From NCBI GenBank assembly GCA_964515295.1, contig CAZETW010000005.1:2826-66825 (forward strand): a DNA stretch of 64,000 bases, in the 5' to 3' direction. Position 1 is the stretch's first letter, and the number at the start of each line of letters is the position of its first letter. The DNA comes from an uncultured bacterium (GTDB lineage Bacteria > Zhuqueibacterota > QNDG01 > CAYUAG01). A program made the translations under genes and the position numbers. The notes beneath the pieces are model-generated. The model did no database searches. It worked only from the letters and a program-made list of their open reading frames with translations, and was not told the origin of the DNA. Shown here one piece after another: positions 53,206 to 62,893 of the stretch.

Positions 53206-54205
53206 GAGTGAAAATGTAAAAAAAGTCTTAGTCACTGGTGCAAATGGATTTATCGGCAGTAATCTAGTAGATTGTTTAGCTGCCCGGGATGTCTATGTTA
53301 AATGCTTAGTCTATCATAAAGATCAATTACAGTGGATCAATAATCTGCCAGGAAAGGTTGAGATCATTGTGGGGGATATTGTGGATATCAATTCTCTAAA
53401 AGATGCAGTTCAGGGAGTAGATGTTATTTTTCATCTTGCAGGAGTTGTAAAATCCCTGCAGAAAAGAGATTTTTTTAATATTAATGTGCAGGGTACAGAA
53501 AATTTGCTGAAAGCAACTGTTAAATATAATCCCAATTTACAACGATTTCTCTTTATGTCATCTCAGTCTGCTTCTGGTCCCAGTTGTAACGGAGATGTTG
53601 TTACTGAGAATAATTCTTGTTGTCCTGTCTCAGAATATGGCCGGAGCAAGCTGGAAGCAGAGAACGTTGTCCTTTCTTACAGCAATATTATTCCGGTAAC
53701 CATTTTAAGACCCTCAGCCGTATACGGACCACGGGACAGAGAATTTTTGTTTATATTTGATCTTATTAAAAAAGGAATAAGGCCATTCATGGGGTTTCAT
53801 CAGAGGTTTTTAAATTTTTGTTATATTGATGATTTGATAAAAGCAACTATATTAGCTTCAATAAATAAACAAAGCATCGGGCAGACTTATTTTATTCATT
53901 CTGATGAGAAATTTTCTCTTAATCAATTTATAGAAGAAATTGTCCACAGTTTAAATAAAAGAGTAATTAAACTGCCTGTACCCTTTTTTTTAATTAAATT
54001 GTATTTTTTATATAATGAATTCTTTGCTTTGTTATGCACAGACAGAAAGGTTTTTACCCGGGATAAATATAATGAATTAAAACAGAACAATTGGGGGTGT
54101 TCTATAGATAAAGCCAAGAAAGAAATAGGGTATATCCCTGATTATTGTTTGACCCGTGGTATATCAAAAAGTATACAATGGTATAAAAAGCAAGGTTGGT
54201 TATAG
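53189..54205 (+). CDS. NAD-dependent epimerase/dehydratase (SDR extended family)
   Basis: VLVTGANGFIGSNL Rossmann motif and the YGRSK catalytic motif. Confidence 0.8.
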   Translation: MKNLFKSENVKKVLVTGANGFIGSNLVDCLAARDVYVKCLVYHKDQLQWINNLPGKVEIIVGDIVDINSLKDAVQGVDVIFHLAGVVKSLQKRDFFNINVQGTENLLKATVKYNPNLQRFLFMSSQSASGPSCNGDVVTENNSCCPVSEYGRSKLEAENVVLSYSNIIPVTILRPSAVYGPRDREFLFIFDLIKKGIRPFMGFHQRFLNFCYIDDLIKATILASINKQSIGQTYFIHSDEKFSLNQFIEEIVHSLNKRVIKLPVPFFLIKLYFLYNEFFALLCTDRKVFTRDKYNELKQNNWGCSIDKAKKEIGYIPDYCLTRGISKSIQWYKKQGWL

Positions 54206-54210
54206 AACAT

Positions 54211-55089
54211 TTATCCGTTCGTAAGTATCTGAAGACTTTCCTGAAGAGACTTAATATCTTGTTCTAATTGTGATGTTCCTGTTTCACTTTTTTTTAATTT
54301 TTCTTTTAATCTGAATAATTTAGCTTCTAAATAAGTGATAAGATTTTGTTTATTAACCAGTGGTTTATATTCATAGACAGGATTGTCTCGGTTTTTCTGA
54401 CTCATTTCAATGGGGATCTGAATAAATACAGCTGATATTCTAAATAGTAACTGGGGAGAAATTTTCTTACGAGAAAGAAATCCCGTATTTACTAATTTAT
54501 CTAATTTTGCATTCAGTTGTGATGCAGTAATAGAATCTGTAAAATCATAATTACTGTAGATATCCAGTTGAGTCCCCTGATTATTGTTAAACAGATAAGA
54601 AAAGGCTTTAGCTTCAATTTTATCACACACATAATCAGAATACGGGTCAATTGTTCTTATTTGAGGTTTTTCTGAATCTGATTTGAATTGATTGGGATAA
54701 TCTTCTTTTAGTTTGTCTTTAATATATTTATTTAAAGAGATTTTCTGATGGGAGTAAAGATCATATGAGACTATATCTTTATAGTGTGCAGTATCAACAG
54801 CAGCTTTATCTATTTTATTTTTAATGTTTTCATAATCAAATAAGTATTCCATATTTTTATTTACAACCGTAGATTCTCTTTCTTCAGGAATAAATTTTTT
54901 TTTATCAGCAGGTTCAGAATTCAATACAGAAGATGATTGTTGCTGAGTTTGAGGTGGTCTTTCAGCAATAATATTAAATGTTATATGATCTGTTTTCTGT
55001 GTTAATTTTAAATTTAAGCTAAACAATATTAAAAGTAATATTAGATGAATTATAACTGATATCAGGAATGTTTTTAAGTATTTTCCCAT
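54211..55089 (-). CDS. Membrane-anchored hypothetical protein
   Basis: Single N-terminal TM helix. No recognisable motif. Confidence 0.4.
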   Translation of the reverse strand: MGKYLKTFLISVIIHLILLLILFSLNLKLTQKTDHITFNIIAERPPQTQQQSSSVLNSEPADKKKFIPEERESTVVNKNMEYLFDYENIKNKIDKAAVDTAHYKDIVSYDLYSHQKISLNKYIKDKLKEDYPNQFKSDSEKPQIRTIDPYSDYVCDKIEAKAFSYLFNNNQGTQLDIYSNYDFTDSITASQLNAKLDKLVNTGFLSRKKISPQLLFRISAVFIQIPIEMSQKNRDNPVYEYKPLVNKQNLITYLEAKLFRLKEKLKKSETGTSQLEQDIKSLQESLQILTNG

Positions 55090-55296
55090 TCAATATTACC
55101 TTGTTTATTTATTAACGATATACTGTGTTATGTTGTTCCCTGTTTTACATTGTATATTAAAATATAAATTATATATATAAGGTTCAATGGTTATAAATAA
55201 TGATTAAAATTTTTGTTTTTTTGAAAAATGATAATATATTAATAACGGAACATTTATTGTTCAGGTATAGTTATTATCGATAATGGTGCAATTATT

Positions 55297-56190
55297 ATGA
55301 ATAATACTTCTGCACATTCTAATGGATATAATTTATATTACGCATTATTAATTTCAGTTTTATTACATTTCATTCTTTTATTAGTATTAAGTATAAATAA
55401 AAAATGGATTAACATAAAAAATAATCAGTTATCATTTTCTGATAGAGTGGATAAAATGAAGTTTGAAATTGTAAAAACTCCTGATAATATTGCACATCAT
55501 AAACCGGATCAGAAAACATTTCTTCTTTCAGATAAAGACAGCAGGGTAAGTGATGTTGATATAAAAGATATTAACAAAGGAAAACTTCCCTTTTTACAGG
55601 GAAATGTTAAAGAAAAGGATATTATTTCCAATAATACGGGAACAAAACAAGGGGAAACTGGTAAGGGAGCAAACAAGCAATTAATTTATGGAAATAATAA
55701 AAATATTTACAGAGAAGAGACAGAAAAGGATTATACAAGTGAATATTCAAATTTTGATGCTTTCAGTAAACATCTTTTAACAAAAAAAAGACCTGAGACT
55801 CATTCAGGTTCAAAAAATGTTCAACCAAGATACGATCAAACTGAAGTGGATGCCCCAAATAGAGGAGGTATTACTTTTAATACCTATAACTGGGACTTTG
55901 CTCCATATTTACTTTATTTGAAAAACAAAATCCAGAATAATATTTATCCTCCCACTTCTTTTACCCGTTTAGGATTTAGCGGAGAAAATATAATCAGATT
56001 TAAAGTATCTCCGGATGGAAAACTTGTACATTCTAATGTAAGAGGATATAAAGGATCAGAGGCTCTGGTAGAGACAAGTGTTAAAGCTATTGAGATGTCT
56101 GCACCATTCAGATCTCTACCGGAAGATTTCCCGGAAGATTTTTTAATTGTCACAGCTAAATTTTCATACTATTTATTATCTAATAATTAA
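55297..56190 (+). CDS. TonB-like energy-transducer protein (C-terminal TonB domain)
   Basis: N-terminal TM anchor. The C-terminal ...YLLYLKNKIQNNIYPPTSFTRLGFSGENIIRFKVSPDGKLVHSNV...ALVETSVKAIEMSAPFRSLP resembles TonB_C. It is followed by exbB. Confidence 0.5.
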   Translation: MNNTSAHSNGYNLYYALLISVLLHFILLLVLSINKKWINIKNNQLSFSDRVDKMKFEIVKTPDNIAHHKPDQKTFLLSDKDSRVSDVDIKDINKGKLPFLQGNVKEKDIISNNTGTKQGETGKGANKQLIYGNNKNIYREETEKDYTSEYSNFDAFSKHLLTKKRPETHSGSKNVQPRYDQTEVDAPNRGGITFNTYNWDFAPYLLYLKNKIQNNIYPPTSFTRLGFSGENIIRFKVSPDGKLVHSNVRGYKGSEALVETSVKAIEMSAPFRSLPEDFPEDFLIVTAKFSYYLLSNN

Positions 56191-56205
56191 TTAAGTGGGG
56201 TTTTT

Positions 56206-56826
56206 ATGTCAGGTATATGGGAAATGTTAGTTAAGGGAGGGGTGGTTATGATTCCTCTCTTTATTACTTCAATCGTCGGATTAGCAGTATTTTTAGAGAG
56301 AGTATGGTATTTGAGACGTAAAAAAATTATTGATTCCGAAACTAAATTTTTAATTAATAATATTGAATCTCAGGAAGATGTTGAAAAAACAATAAAAGAA
56401 TTAGATTCACCCAAAGGCCCTCTACAACACATTGTTACTATAACACTTGAGAATTATACCCGACCAAGAGAAGAAATAAAAGAAAAAATTGTAGATCAGG
56501 GACGTCAGGAATCAGGAAAGATGGAAAAAGGACTGGTTGTTTTAGAAACTGTTGCCGGTATATCGCCTTTAATGGGATTGCTGGGTACAGTTTTGGGTAT
56601 GATAGAAGTCTTTCAGGTAATTTCTGAGGAAGGATTAGGCCAGACTCAGAATCTTTCCAGCGGGATTTCGCAGGCATTAATTACTACTGTAGTGGGTTTG
56701 TCTATAGCCATTCCCACTTTAATAGCTTACAATTATTTGAATCATAAGGTAGAGAATTTGGTGCTTGAGATTGAAGATTATTCGCGGAAATTACTGGACA
56801 GGATTTTATATTTCAGAAAAAATTAA
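56206..56826 (+). CDS. exbB: MotA/TolQ/ExbB proton-channel protein
   Basis: Three TM segments. ...LETVAGISPLMGLLGTVLGMIEVF...ISQALITTVVGLSIAIP is the family signature. Confidence 0.8.
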   Translation: MSGIWEMLVKGGVVMIPLFITSIVGLAVFLERVWYLRRKKIIDSETKFLINNIESQEDVEKTIKELDSPKGPLQHIVTITLENYTRPREEIKEKIVDQGRQESGKMEKGLVVLETVAGISPLMGLLGTVLGMIEVFQVISEEGLGQTQNLSSGISQALITTVVGLSIAIPTLIAYNYLNHKVENLVLEIEDYSRKLLDRILYFRKN

Positions 56827-56835
56827 AGGATTACT

Positions 56836-57834
56836 ATGATTACATTTTCAAAAGAAAGAATTAACAGCTTATTTACTGAATTCAAAAATCAGAAAATAGT
56901 AGTTGTTGGTGATCTTATGCTGGACAGGTATATTTGGGGGAGTGTTTCAAAAATATCTCCTGAAGCACCTGTACCAGTGGTTGAAGTTGAAAGGGAATCA
57001 CATCGATTTGGAGGAGCTGCTAATGTGGTTAATAATGTAAAAAGTCTGGGAGCACAAGTTTTTCCTATTGGTATACTCGGTAAAGACAGTGGCGGTGAAT
57101 TATTAACTGGTCTGTTTAAGAAGGAGGATATATCAGTTGAAGGGTTGATATATGAATCACAGAGAAACACAACCATAAAAACCCGTATCATTGCTCATAA
57201 TCAGCATGTTGTAAGAATTGACAGAGAGGTGAAATCTGGTGTTTCCAAAAAGACTCAGGATAAAATATTAGATATTTTAAAAGATCATTTGAATGATGCG
57301 GATGGATTAATTCTTGAAGATTATAATAAAGGTCTCCTGACTCCTCGTTTAATAGAGAACATAATTAATCTGGCCAGAGAAAAAGAAGTAAAGGTTTTGG
57401 TTGATCCTAAATTTGATAATTTTTTTGCTTATAAAAATTCCACCTTATTTAAACCTAACAAAAAAGAAATCGCAGATAAATTAGGAACCAAGCTTAAAAC
57501 CAGAAAAGATGTTTTAAAAGCAGGTGAAAAACTACAGCAAAGATTAAATTGTGAAGCAGTTTTAATAACCCTGGGTGAAAAAGGAATGATACTGATTGAC
57601 AGAGGAGGGGAGCCTTTTACTATCCCGACGAAAGCTGTAAAGGTTCATGATGTGTCCGGTGCCGGAGATACTGTTATTGCAACTATGGCTGTATTGATTG
57701 CAACCGGTGCAAACTACAGAGAAGCAGCAGCAATTTCTAATTATGCTGCTGGTGTTGTTTGTGGAGAAGTGGGCATAGTTCCAATTGAATATGATAATCT
57801 GTTGAATATAATGATAAGTACTGTTAATGTATAG
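56836..57834 (+). CDS. D-glycero-beta-D-manno-heptose-7-phosphate kinase (RfaE/HldE domain I, PfkB family)
   Basis: KIVVVGDLMLDRYIWGSVSKISPEAPVPVV and DVSGAGDTV motifs. Confidence 0.75.
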   Translation: MITFSKERINSLFTEFKNQKIVVVGDLMLDRYIWGSVSKISPEAPVPVVEVERESHRFGGAANVVNNVKSLGAQVFPIGILGKDSGGELLTGLFKKEDISVEGLIYESQRNTTIKTRIIAHNQHVVRIDREVKSGVSKKTQDKILDILKDHLNDADGLILEDYNKGLLTPRLIENIINLAREKEVKVLVDPKFDNFFAYKNSTLFKPNKKEIADKLGTKLKTRKDVLKAGEKLQQRLNCEAVLITLGEKGMILIDRGGEPFTIPTKAVKVHDVSGAGDTVIATMAVLIATGANYREAAAISNYAAGVVCGEVGIVPIEYDNLLNIMISTVNV

Positions 57835-58501
57835 ATCTGGTCAAGAAAAATTATCTATAGCTGTTTTTGATATTGATAAAACGTTATTGCCCGGAACCTC
57901 GGCAGAGATACAGCTCATTCGTTTTTTATACAAAAAAAAAGTTATTGATGCAGAAGATATAATAAAAAGTTTGATCAGGTCTCTTTTTCAGATTTTTAAG
58001 GGTTTTGATTGGGTTATTTATAACAAATCAAGATACTTGGAAGGTGTTGAGAAAAAGGTTATTATTTCTCATTTACCGGAATTTTATGAAAATTACATTT
58101 GGCCTCAGCTTTCAGAAGAGTTATTACTGTATTTAAAAGATTTAAAAAAGAAAAATTTTGAAATAATTATTATTTCCGGAACTCTCGATTTTTTACTGAA
58201 ACCATTTATTAAGAAATTAAATGCTGATGGTGGTATCGGATCCCATATGGAAGTAAATAATGGTAAGTTTTCAGGAAGAATTACAAATGTTTATCCTTAT
58301 AAATACGGGAAAATATTGGCTTTGAAACATTATTTAAATGAAAGAGAAGTTGATTATACTAATTCTTATGCATTTGCTGATAGTCTGGCAGATATACCAC
58401 TTCTTAAATTGTTCGGTAATCCTGTAGTAGTAAATCCGGGTCTTTTGCTGTGGTTCAAGGCGAGAATAGAGGGATGGAAGATAATGAAGCTAAAAATTTA
58501 A
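57827..58501 (+). CDS. HAD-IB family hydrolase (SerB-like)
   Basis: AVFDIDKTLL, ISGTLDF and FADSLADIPLL motifs. Confidence 0.7.
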   Translation: MYRSGQEKLSIAVFDIDKTLLPGTSAEIQLIRFLYKKKVIDAEDIIKSLIRSLFQIFKGFDWVIYNKSRYLEGVEKKVIISHLPEFYENYIWPQLSEELLLYLKDLKKKNFEIIIISGTLDFLLKPFIKKLNADGGIGSHMEVNNGKFSGRITNVYPYKYGKILALKHYLNEREVDYTNSYAFADSLADIPLLKLFGNPVVVNPGLLLWFKARIEGWKIMKLKI

Positions 58502-58513
58502 TCGAATATTTAC

Positions 58514-58777
58514 TTATTTTAAAAGAATGTAAATACCAAATGCAATTGCCAGGAAAGGGAGCAGCGGAGCTATAAAGCCAAAAGGAATGAGAATAGCTGT
58601 AGTAATAAAAGTAATAATAATAGGGAAAAAAGCGATTACACATATAAACATTATTAATACAGCGATTATTTGCAGAGGAATCGTTAAGATTAATATGCCA
58701 GCTTTGAATATAATTCCTAATAATTTAAATGCAATTAAAAAAATTGCCAGAATCAGAAGTATGGATAATATTTCCAT
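58514..58777 (-). CDS. Small polytopic membrane protein
   Basis: Very hydrophobic 87 aa. The ATG at 58777 is preceded by AAGGAGGG. Confidence 0.45.
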   Translation of the reverse strand: MEILSILLILAIFLIAFKLLGIIFKAGILILTIPLQIIAVLIMFICVIAFFPIIITFITTAILIPFGFIAPLLPFLAIAFGIYILLK

Positions 58778-58867
58778 AGTCCCTCCTTTTTTTCTCATAC
58801 ACGATAAATATATTTACGATAAATATATTTATTTGTTTCACTATTGTCAATGTATAGGAGATAAATT

Positions 58868-59776
58868 TTGTCAAAAAACATACCCACTCTTGTAGTACAT
58901 GGCGGCGCCTGGGATATCCCGGATACATTGGAAAAAGCGCACCTACAGGGAATGAAAAAAGCTCTTTCCAAAGGCTGGGAGTACCTTTCAAAATCAGGTT
59001 CTGCTCTGGATGCAGTTGAAGAAGCAGTTGTTATTATGGAGAATGACCAGATATTTGATGCAGGTAAGGGTTCTGTATTAAATACAGACGGATCAGTTGA
59101 GATGGATGCTTCTATTATGGATGGGAAAACACTTAATGCAGGTGCGGTTGCTGCTTTGAGAAATTTTTCTAATCCAATCCGTATCTGCAGAAAAATTATG
59201 GAAAAAACTGAACATATACTTCTGGCAGGAAAGGGATGTGAAGAATTTGCTCTGCAACAAGGCTTTAAAAAAGTGCCGGTAGAAGATTTATTAACGGAAC
59301 GAGAATTATTACGCCTTAAAGAGCTAAAGAAGAATCAAAAGTATAAAACTGAGTATTCTTTTGGTAATAAAAAGGGTACAGTGGGAGCAGTAGCAATTGA
59401 TATTAATGGTAATATTGCAGCTGCGACCTCAACCGGTGGAACTCCTAAAAAGATTCCGGGAAGAGTAGGGGATACGCCCATAATCGGCTGTGGAACATAT
59501 GCAGAAAACGGGGTTGGGGGTATTTCCTGTACCGGATGGGGAGAATCTATAATGAAAACCATGCTGGCAAGAGAAACTGCTGAAAAAATGCGTACATGCA
59601 GCAGTGCTCAGAAAGCGGCTGAATATGCAATTAATCTTTTACACCGCCGATGTAATGGTTTAGCAGGTATTATTTGTATAGACAGTAAAAGCAGACTGGG
59701 AATATATTATAATACTCCCAAAATGGCAAGAGGGTATATGTGCTCTGCACAGAAGGAACCTTTAGTAGAGATTTAG
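58868..59776 (+). CDS. Isoaspartyl peptidase/L-asparaginase (Ntn hydrolase)
   Basis: LVVHGGAW and the autocleavage site GTVGAVAID. TTG start 7 nt after AGGAG. Confidence 0.85.
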   Translation: MSKNIPTLVVHGGAWDIPDTLEKAHLQGMKKALSKGWEYLSKSGSALDAVEEAVVIMENDQIFDAGKGSVLNTDGSVEMDASIMDGKTLNAGAVAALRNFSNPIRICRKIMEKTEHILLAGKGCEEFALQQGFKKVPVEDLLTERELLRLKELKKNQKYKTEYSFGNKKGTVGAVAIDINGNIAAATSTGGTPKKIPGRVGDTPIIGCGTYAENGVGGISCTGWGESIMKTMLARETAEKMRTCSSAQKAAEYAINLLHRRCNGLAGIICIDSKSRLGIYYNTPKMARGYMCSAQKEPLVEI

Positions 59777-59778
59777 TA

Positions 59779-61212
59779 ATGTTTGAGAGTATGGTAATGG
59801 AAAATTATTTTGATCTTTTTGGTGTAACTGAAGAAATGGTAGGAAAAATACTGTCTGAAGCACTGTCCAGTGGAGGTGATTACTGTGATCTGTTTTTTCA
59901 GTATCGGTCAACCAAAAATCTGCATCTTGAGGATAATGCAGTAAATAGTGCTTTTAATGCTACTGATTTTGGTGTCGGGATCAGAGTGATCAGTAATGAG
60001 CAAATCGGATTTTCGTTCACTGAAGATTTAACTTTTCATTCCATGCTAAAAGCAGCCAGAACCGCATCAGCTATTGCCAACTCAGTGAATTTGTTCAAAG
60101 AGTTAACGTTCGTTCCTAAATCTGAGAATCTACCGAACTATTATCCTATATTGAAAACGTGGGATTCAGTTCACATCAAAGATAAGATGCCTGTTTTAAA
60201 TAAGATTAACAGTTCGATTTTTTCTCTGGATTCACGAATTATACAATGTAATATCAGTTTCACTGATACAGAATCAAAAGTTCTCATTATAAATTCTGAT
60301 GGAGGAATTGTAACTGATTATCGTCCTTTATTCAGTCTGAAAGTAAAAGTTACAGCACAGGAAAATAACAGCCGGGAGTCAAATATGGCAGCCCGTTCCG
60401 GACGGTACGGTTTTGAATTTTTAAATGATGATGTAATCAGAGATATATCTCAGGAAGCTGTCAGAAGAGCTGTGGATTTGTTTGATGCAGTTAAACCAGA
60501 CGGTGGTGAAATGGAAATTGTTTTAGCTCCGGGCAGTTCAGGAATACTGCTTCACGAAGCAATAGGGCATGGTTTGGAGGCTGACTTTAATCGTAAAAAG
60601 ACTTCTTTGTTCTATAATAAGCTGGGTGAAAAAGTTGCAGCACCATTTGTATCCATTGTTGATGACGGAACCTGGAAAAATGCACGCGGATCATTAAACA
60701 TAGATGATGAAGGCAATAGAACTGAAAAAACCTTTCTGGTAAAAGATGGTGTATTGGTCAATTATATACATGACAGGATAAGTTCACAGCATTTTAAAGT
60801 TTCACCGACCGGCAATGGCCGCAGACAGTCCTTCAGATACCCGCCTGCACCCCGGATGAGAAATACTTATATGCTTTCCGGTCCTCATGCACCTGAAGAA
60901 ATCATCAGAAGTGTTAAAAAAGGAATATATGCTGAGACTTTCAGCAATGGTCAGGTACTGATAGGTGCCGGGGATTTTACTTTTTATGTAAAAACCGGAT
61001 ATCTGATTGAGAATGGAGAATTTACTAAGCCGGTAAAAGATATTAATATTATAGGTAATGGTCCTGAGGTGTTAAAAAATGTAGTAATGGTCGGTGATGA
61101 TTTAACCTTAGATTCAGGGACCTGGACCTGCGGTAAAGAGTCACAGGGAGTTCCTGTATCACATGGGTTACCTACCATAAAAGTCTCCAGAATTACAGTC
61201 GGGGGAATATAA
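59779..61212 (+). CDS. tldD: Metalloprotease TldD
   Basis: HEAIGHGLEADF zinc motif. Start taken at the ATG just after the upstream stop. Confidence 0.9.
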   Translation: MFESMVMENYFDLFGVTEEMVGKILSEALSSGGDYCDLFFQYRSTKNLHLEDNAVNSAFNATDFGVGIRVISNEQIGFSFTEDLTFHSMLKAARTASAIANSVNLFKELTFVPKSENLPNYYPILKTWDSVHIKDKMPVLNKINSSIFSLDSRIIQCNISFTDTESKVLIINSDGGIVTDYRPLFSLKVKVTAQENNSRESNMAARSGRYGFEFLNDDVIRDISQEAVRRAVDLFDAVKPDGGEMEIVLAPGSSGILLHEAIGHGLEADFNRKKTSLFYNKLGEKVAAPFVSIVDDGTWKNARGSLNIDDEGNRTEKTFLVKDGVLVNYIHDRISSQHFKVSPTGNGRRQSFRYPPAPRMRNTYMLSGPHAPEEIIRSVKKGIYAETFSNGQVLIGAGDFTFYVKTGYLIENGEFTKPVKDINIIGNGPEVLKNVVMVGDDLTLDSGTWTCGKESQGVPVSHGLPTIKVSRITVGGI

Positions 61213-62534
61213 TGGATTATGAAAAGAGATATAAGCTGGCAGAATGGATAATGGATTATACTATAAGCTCCGGAGCAGATGAGGTTGGGGTGGATTTGGT
61301 AAGAGCTGAAGAACTGGATATTGAATTTCGTGATAATACTGTCGATAAGCTTGAACAGGGAATACAGGATCTTCTGTATTTGGAAATATACAGAGATCAC
61401 CGCTATTCAGTACACAAATCTAATTTTTTGGATAAAGAGCATTTAGAAGATTTTATAGATAACGCTCTCAATACAATTAGGTATTTGGAAAAAGATTTGT
61501 TCCGTACTTTGCCGGATAAAACATTATATCCGGAAAAAGCAGAATATGATCTGCAATTATATGATAACTCATACAGTAGGTTTAGCAATAAAGATAAGAT
61601 TAAAATTGCCTCGAACATAGAAAAAGCATCCTTAAGTTTAAGTGAAAAGGTGATTGCTTCAACATCTTCATATTCAGAGGGATTTTTCCATCTCATAAAA
61701 ATGCAAAGCAATGGTTTCAGGGGAGATAAATATTCAACCAGTTATTCAATCGGAGCAGAGGTGACTGCCAAAGATGAAAACAATAATTTATGTGAGGATT
61801 CATATTATGCTCATACCAGGTTTTTTAATGATCTGCCTTCAACTGAAAAAGTAGGGAAGGAAGCAGCAGAAAGATGCCTGAAGAAAATCGGCCAGAGAAA
61901 GATCAGATCAGGTATATATACTATGGTGGTTGAAAACAGTGAAGCCAGTACTTTATTAGGTATGATTTTAAGTGCAATGAAAGGAAGCAGTTTATTTTTA
62001 CGGAGTTCTTTTCTGGAAGGAATGAAAGGAAAAAGGGTTGCTTCGGAAAAGCTTACCATCATTGATGATCCCTATAAAAGAAAAGGACTGAGATCAAATT
62101 ATTTTGATTCAGAGGGGTGTGCTACTCAAAAAAGAGTAGTGGTTGATAAAGGTGTTTTAAAAGAATATTATATTGATACTTATTACGGGAAAAAGTTGAA
62201 AATGAAGCCAACTAATGGAGAAAGATCAAATATCTTATTACAGTATGGCTCCAGTTCCTGTGAAGAATTATTTGTAAAAGCTGGGAAAGGTATTTTTATC
62301 ACTGAGTTTATAGGAGGGAATTTCAACAGCACCACTGGTGATTTTTCATTCGGCATTGCAGGTTTTTTATTTGAAAAGGGGAGGATAGTTCAACCTATCA
62401 ATGAGATGAATATTACCGGGAATGCTTTACGTTTGTGGAATAATCTGATTGAAGTTGGTAATGATCCTTTTCCCTATTCTTCTGTGCAAACCCCGACTCT
62501 GGTCTTTAAAGAAGTGCTCTTTAGTGGAGATTAG
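61212..62534 (+). CDS. pmbA: Metalloprotease PmbA/TldE
   Basis: TldD paralogue lacking HExxH, with C-terminal GGNFNSTTGDFSFGIAGF. Its start overlaps the tldD stop. Confidence 0.85.
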   Translation: MDYEKRYKLAEWIMDYTISSGADEVGVDLVRAEELDIEFRDNTVDKLEQGIQDLLYLEIYRDHRYSVHKSNFLDKEHLEDFIDNALNTIRYLEKDLFRTLPDKTLYPEKAEYDLQLYDNSYSRFSNKDKIKIASNIEKASLSLSEKVIASTSSYSEGFFHLIKMQSNGFRGDKYSTSYSIGAEVTAKDENNNLCEDSYYAHTRFFNDLPSTEKVGKEAAERCLKKIGQRKIRSGIYTMVVENSEASTLLGMILSAMKGSSLFLRSSFLEGMKGKRVASEKLTIIDDPYKRKGLRSNYFDSEGCATQKRVVVDKGVLKEYYIDTYYGKKLKMKPTNGERSNILLQYGSSSCEELFVKAGKGIFITEFIGGNFNSTTGDFSFGIAGFLFEKGRIVQPINEMNITGNALRLWNNLIEVGNDPFPYSSVQTPTLVFKEVLFSGD

Positions 62535-62893
62535 TGCTTTTATTTGTTGTTTTATGGTTGTCATAGTAATTTTTATCACGCAGTTTGAAGTATACAAGGA
62601 ATTAAGACCAAAGATAAAAAGATCAGAACCTGAGAACGTGAGAATTTTAGAGCTTAAGAGAGTGTACATTCAGAAGTCAGAGATCAGTTTTTGTTAATAC
62701 AAATTAAGATCACTCAGGTGAGTGAAATGGAGTGTCTGGGTAACGGAGTCTTGAAGAAAAATGCAGAATAATAGATACGGCGGTCAGCCGTCAGCAGTCT
62801 GCGGTCCTTTAAAAAATTATAGTCCATAAAGAGTAAATAAAACATACAAAAAATTATTATATTTAATCTAATAAATTTATATAGGGAGTCAGT

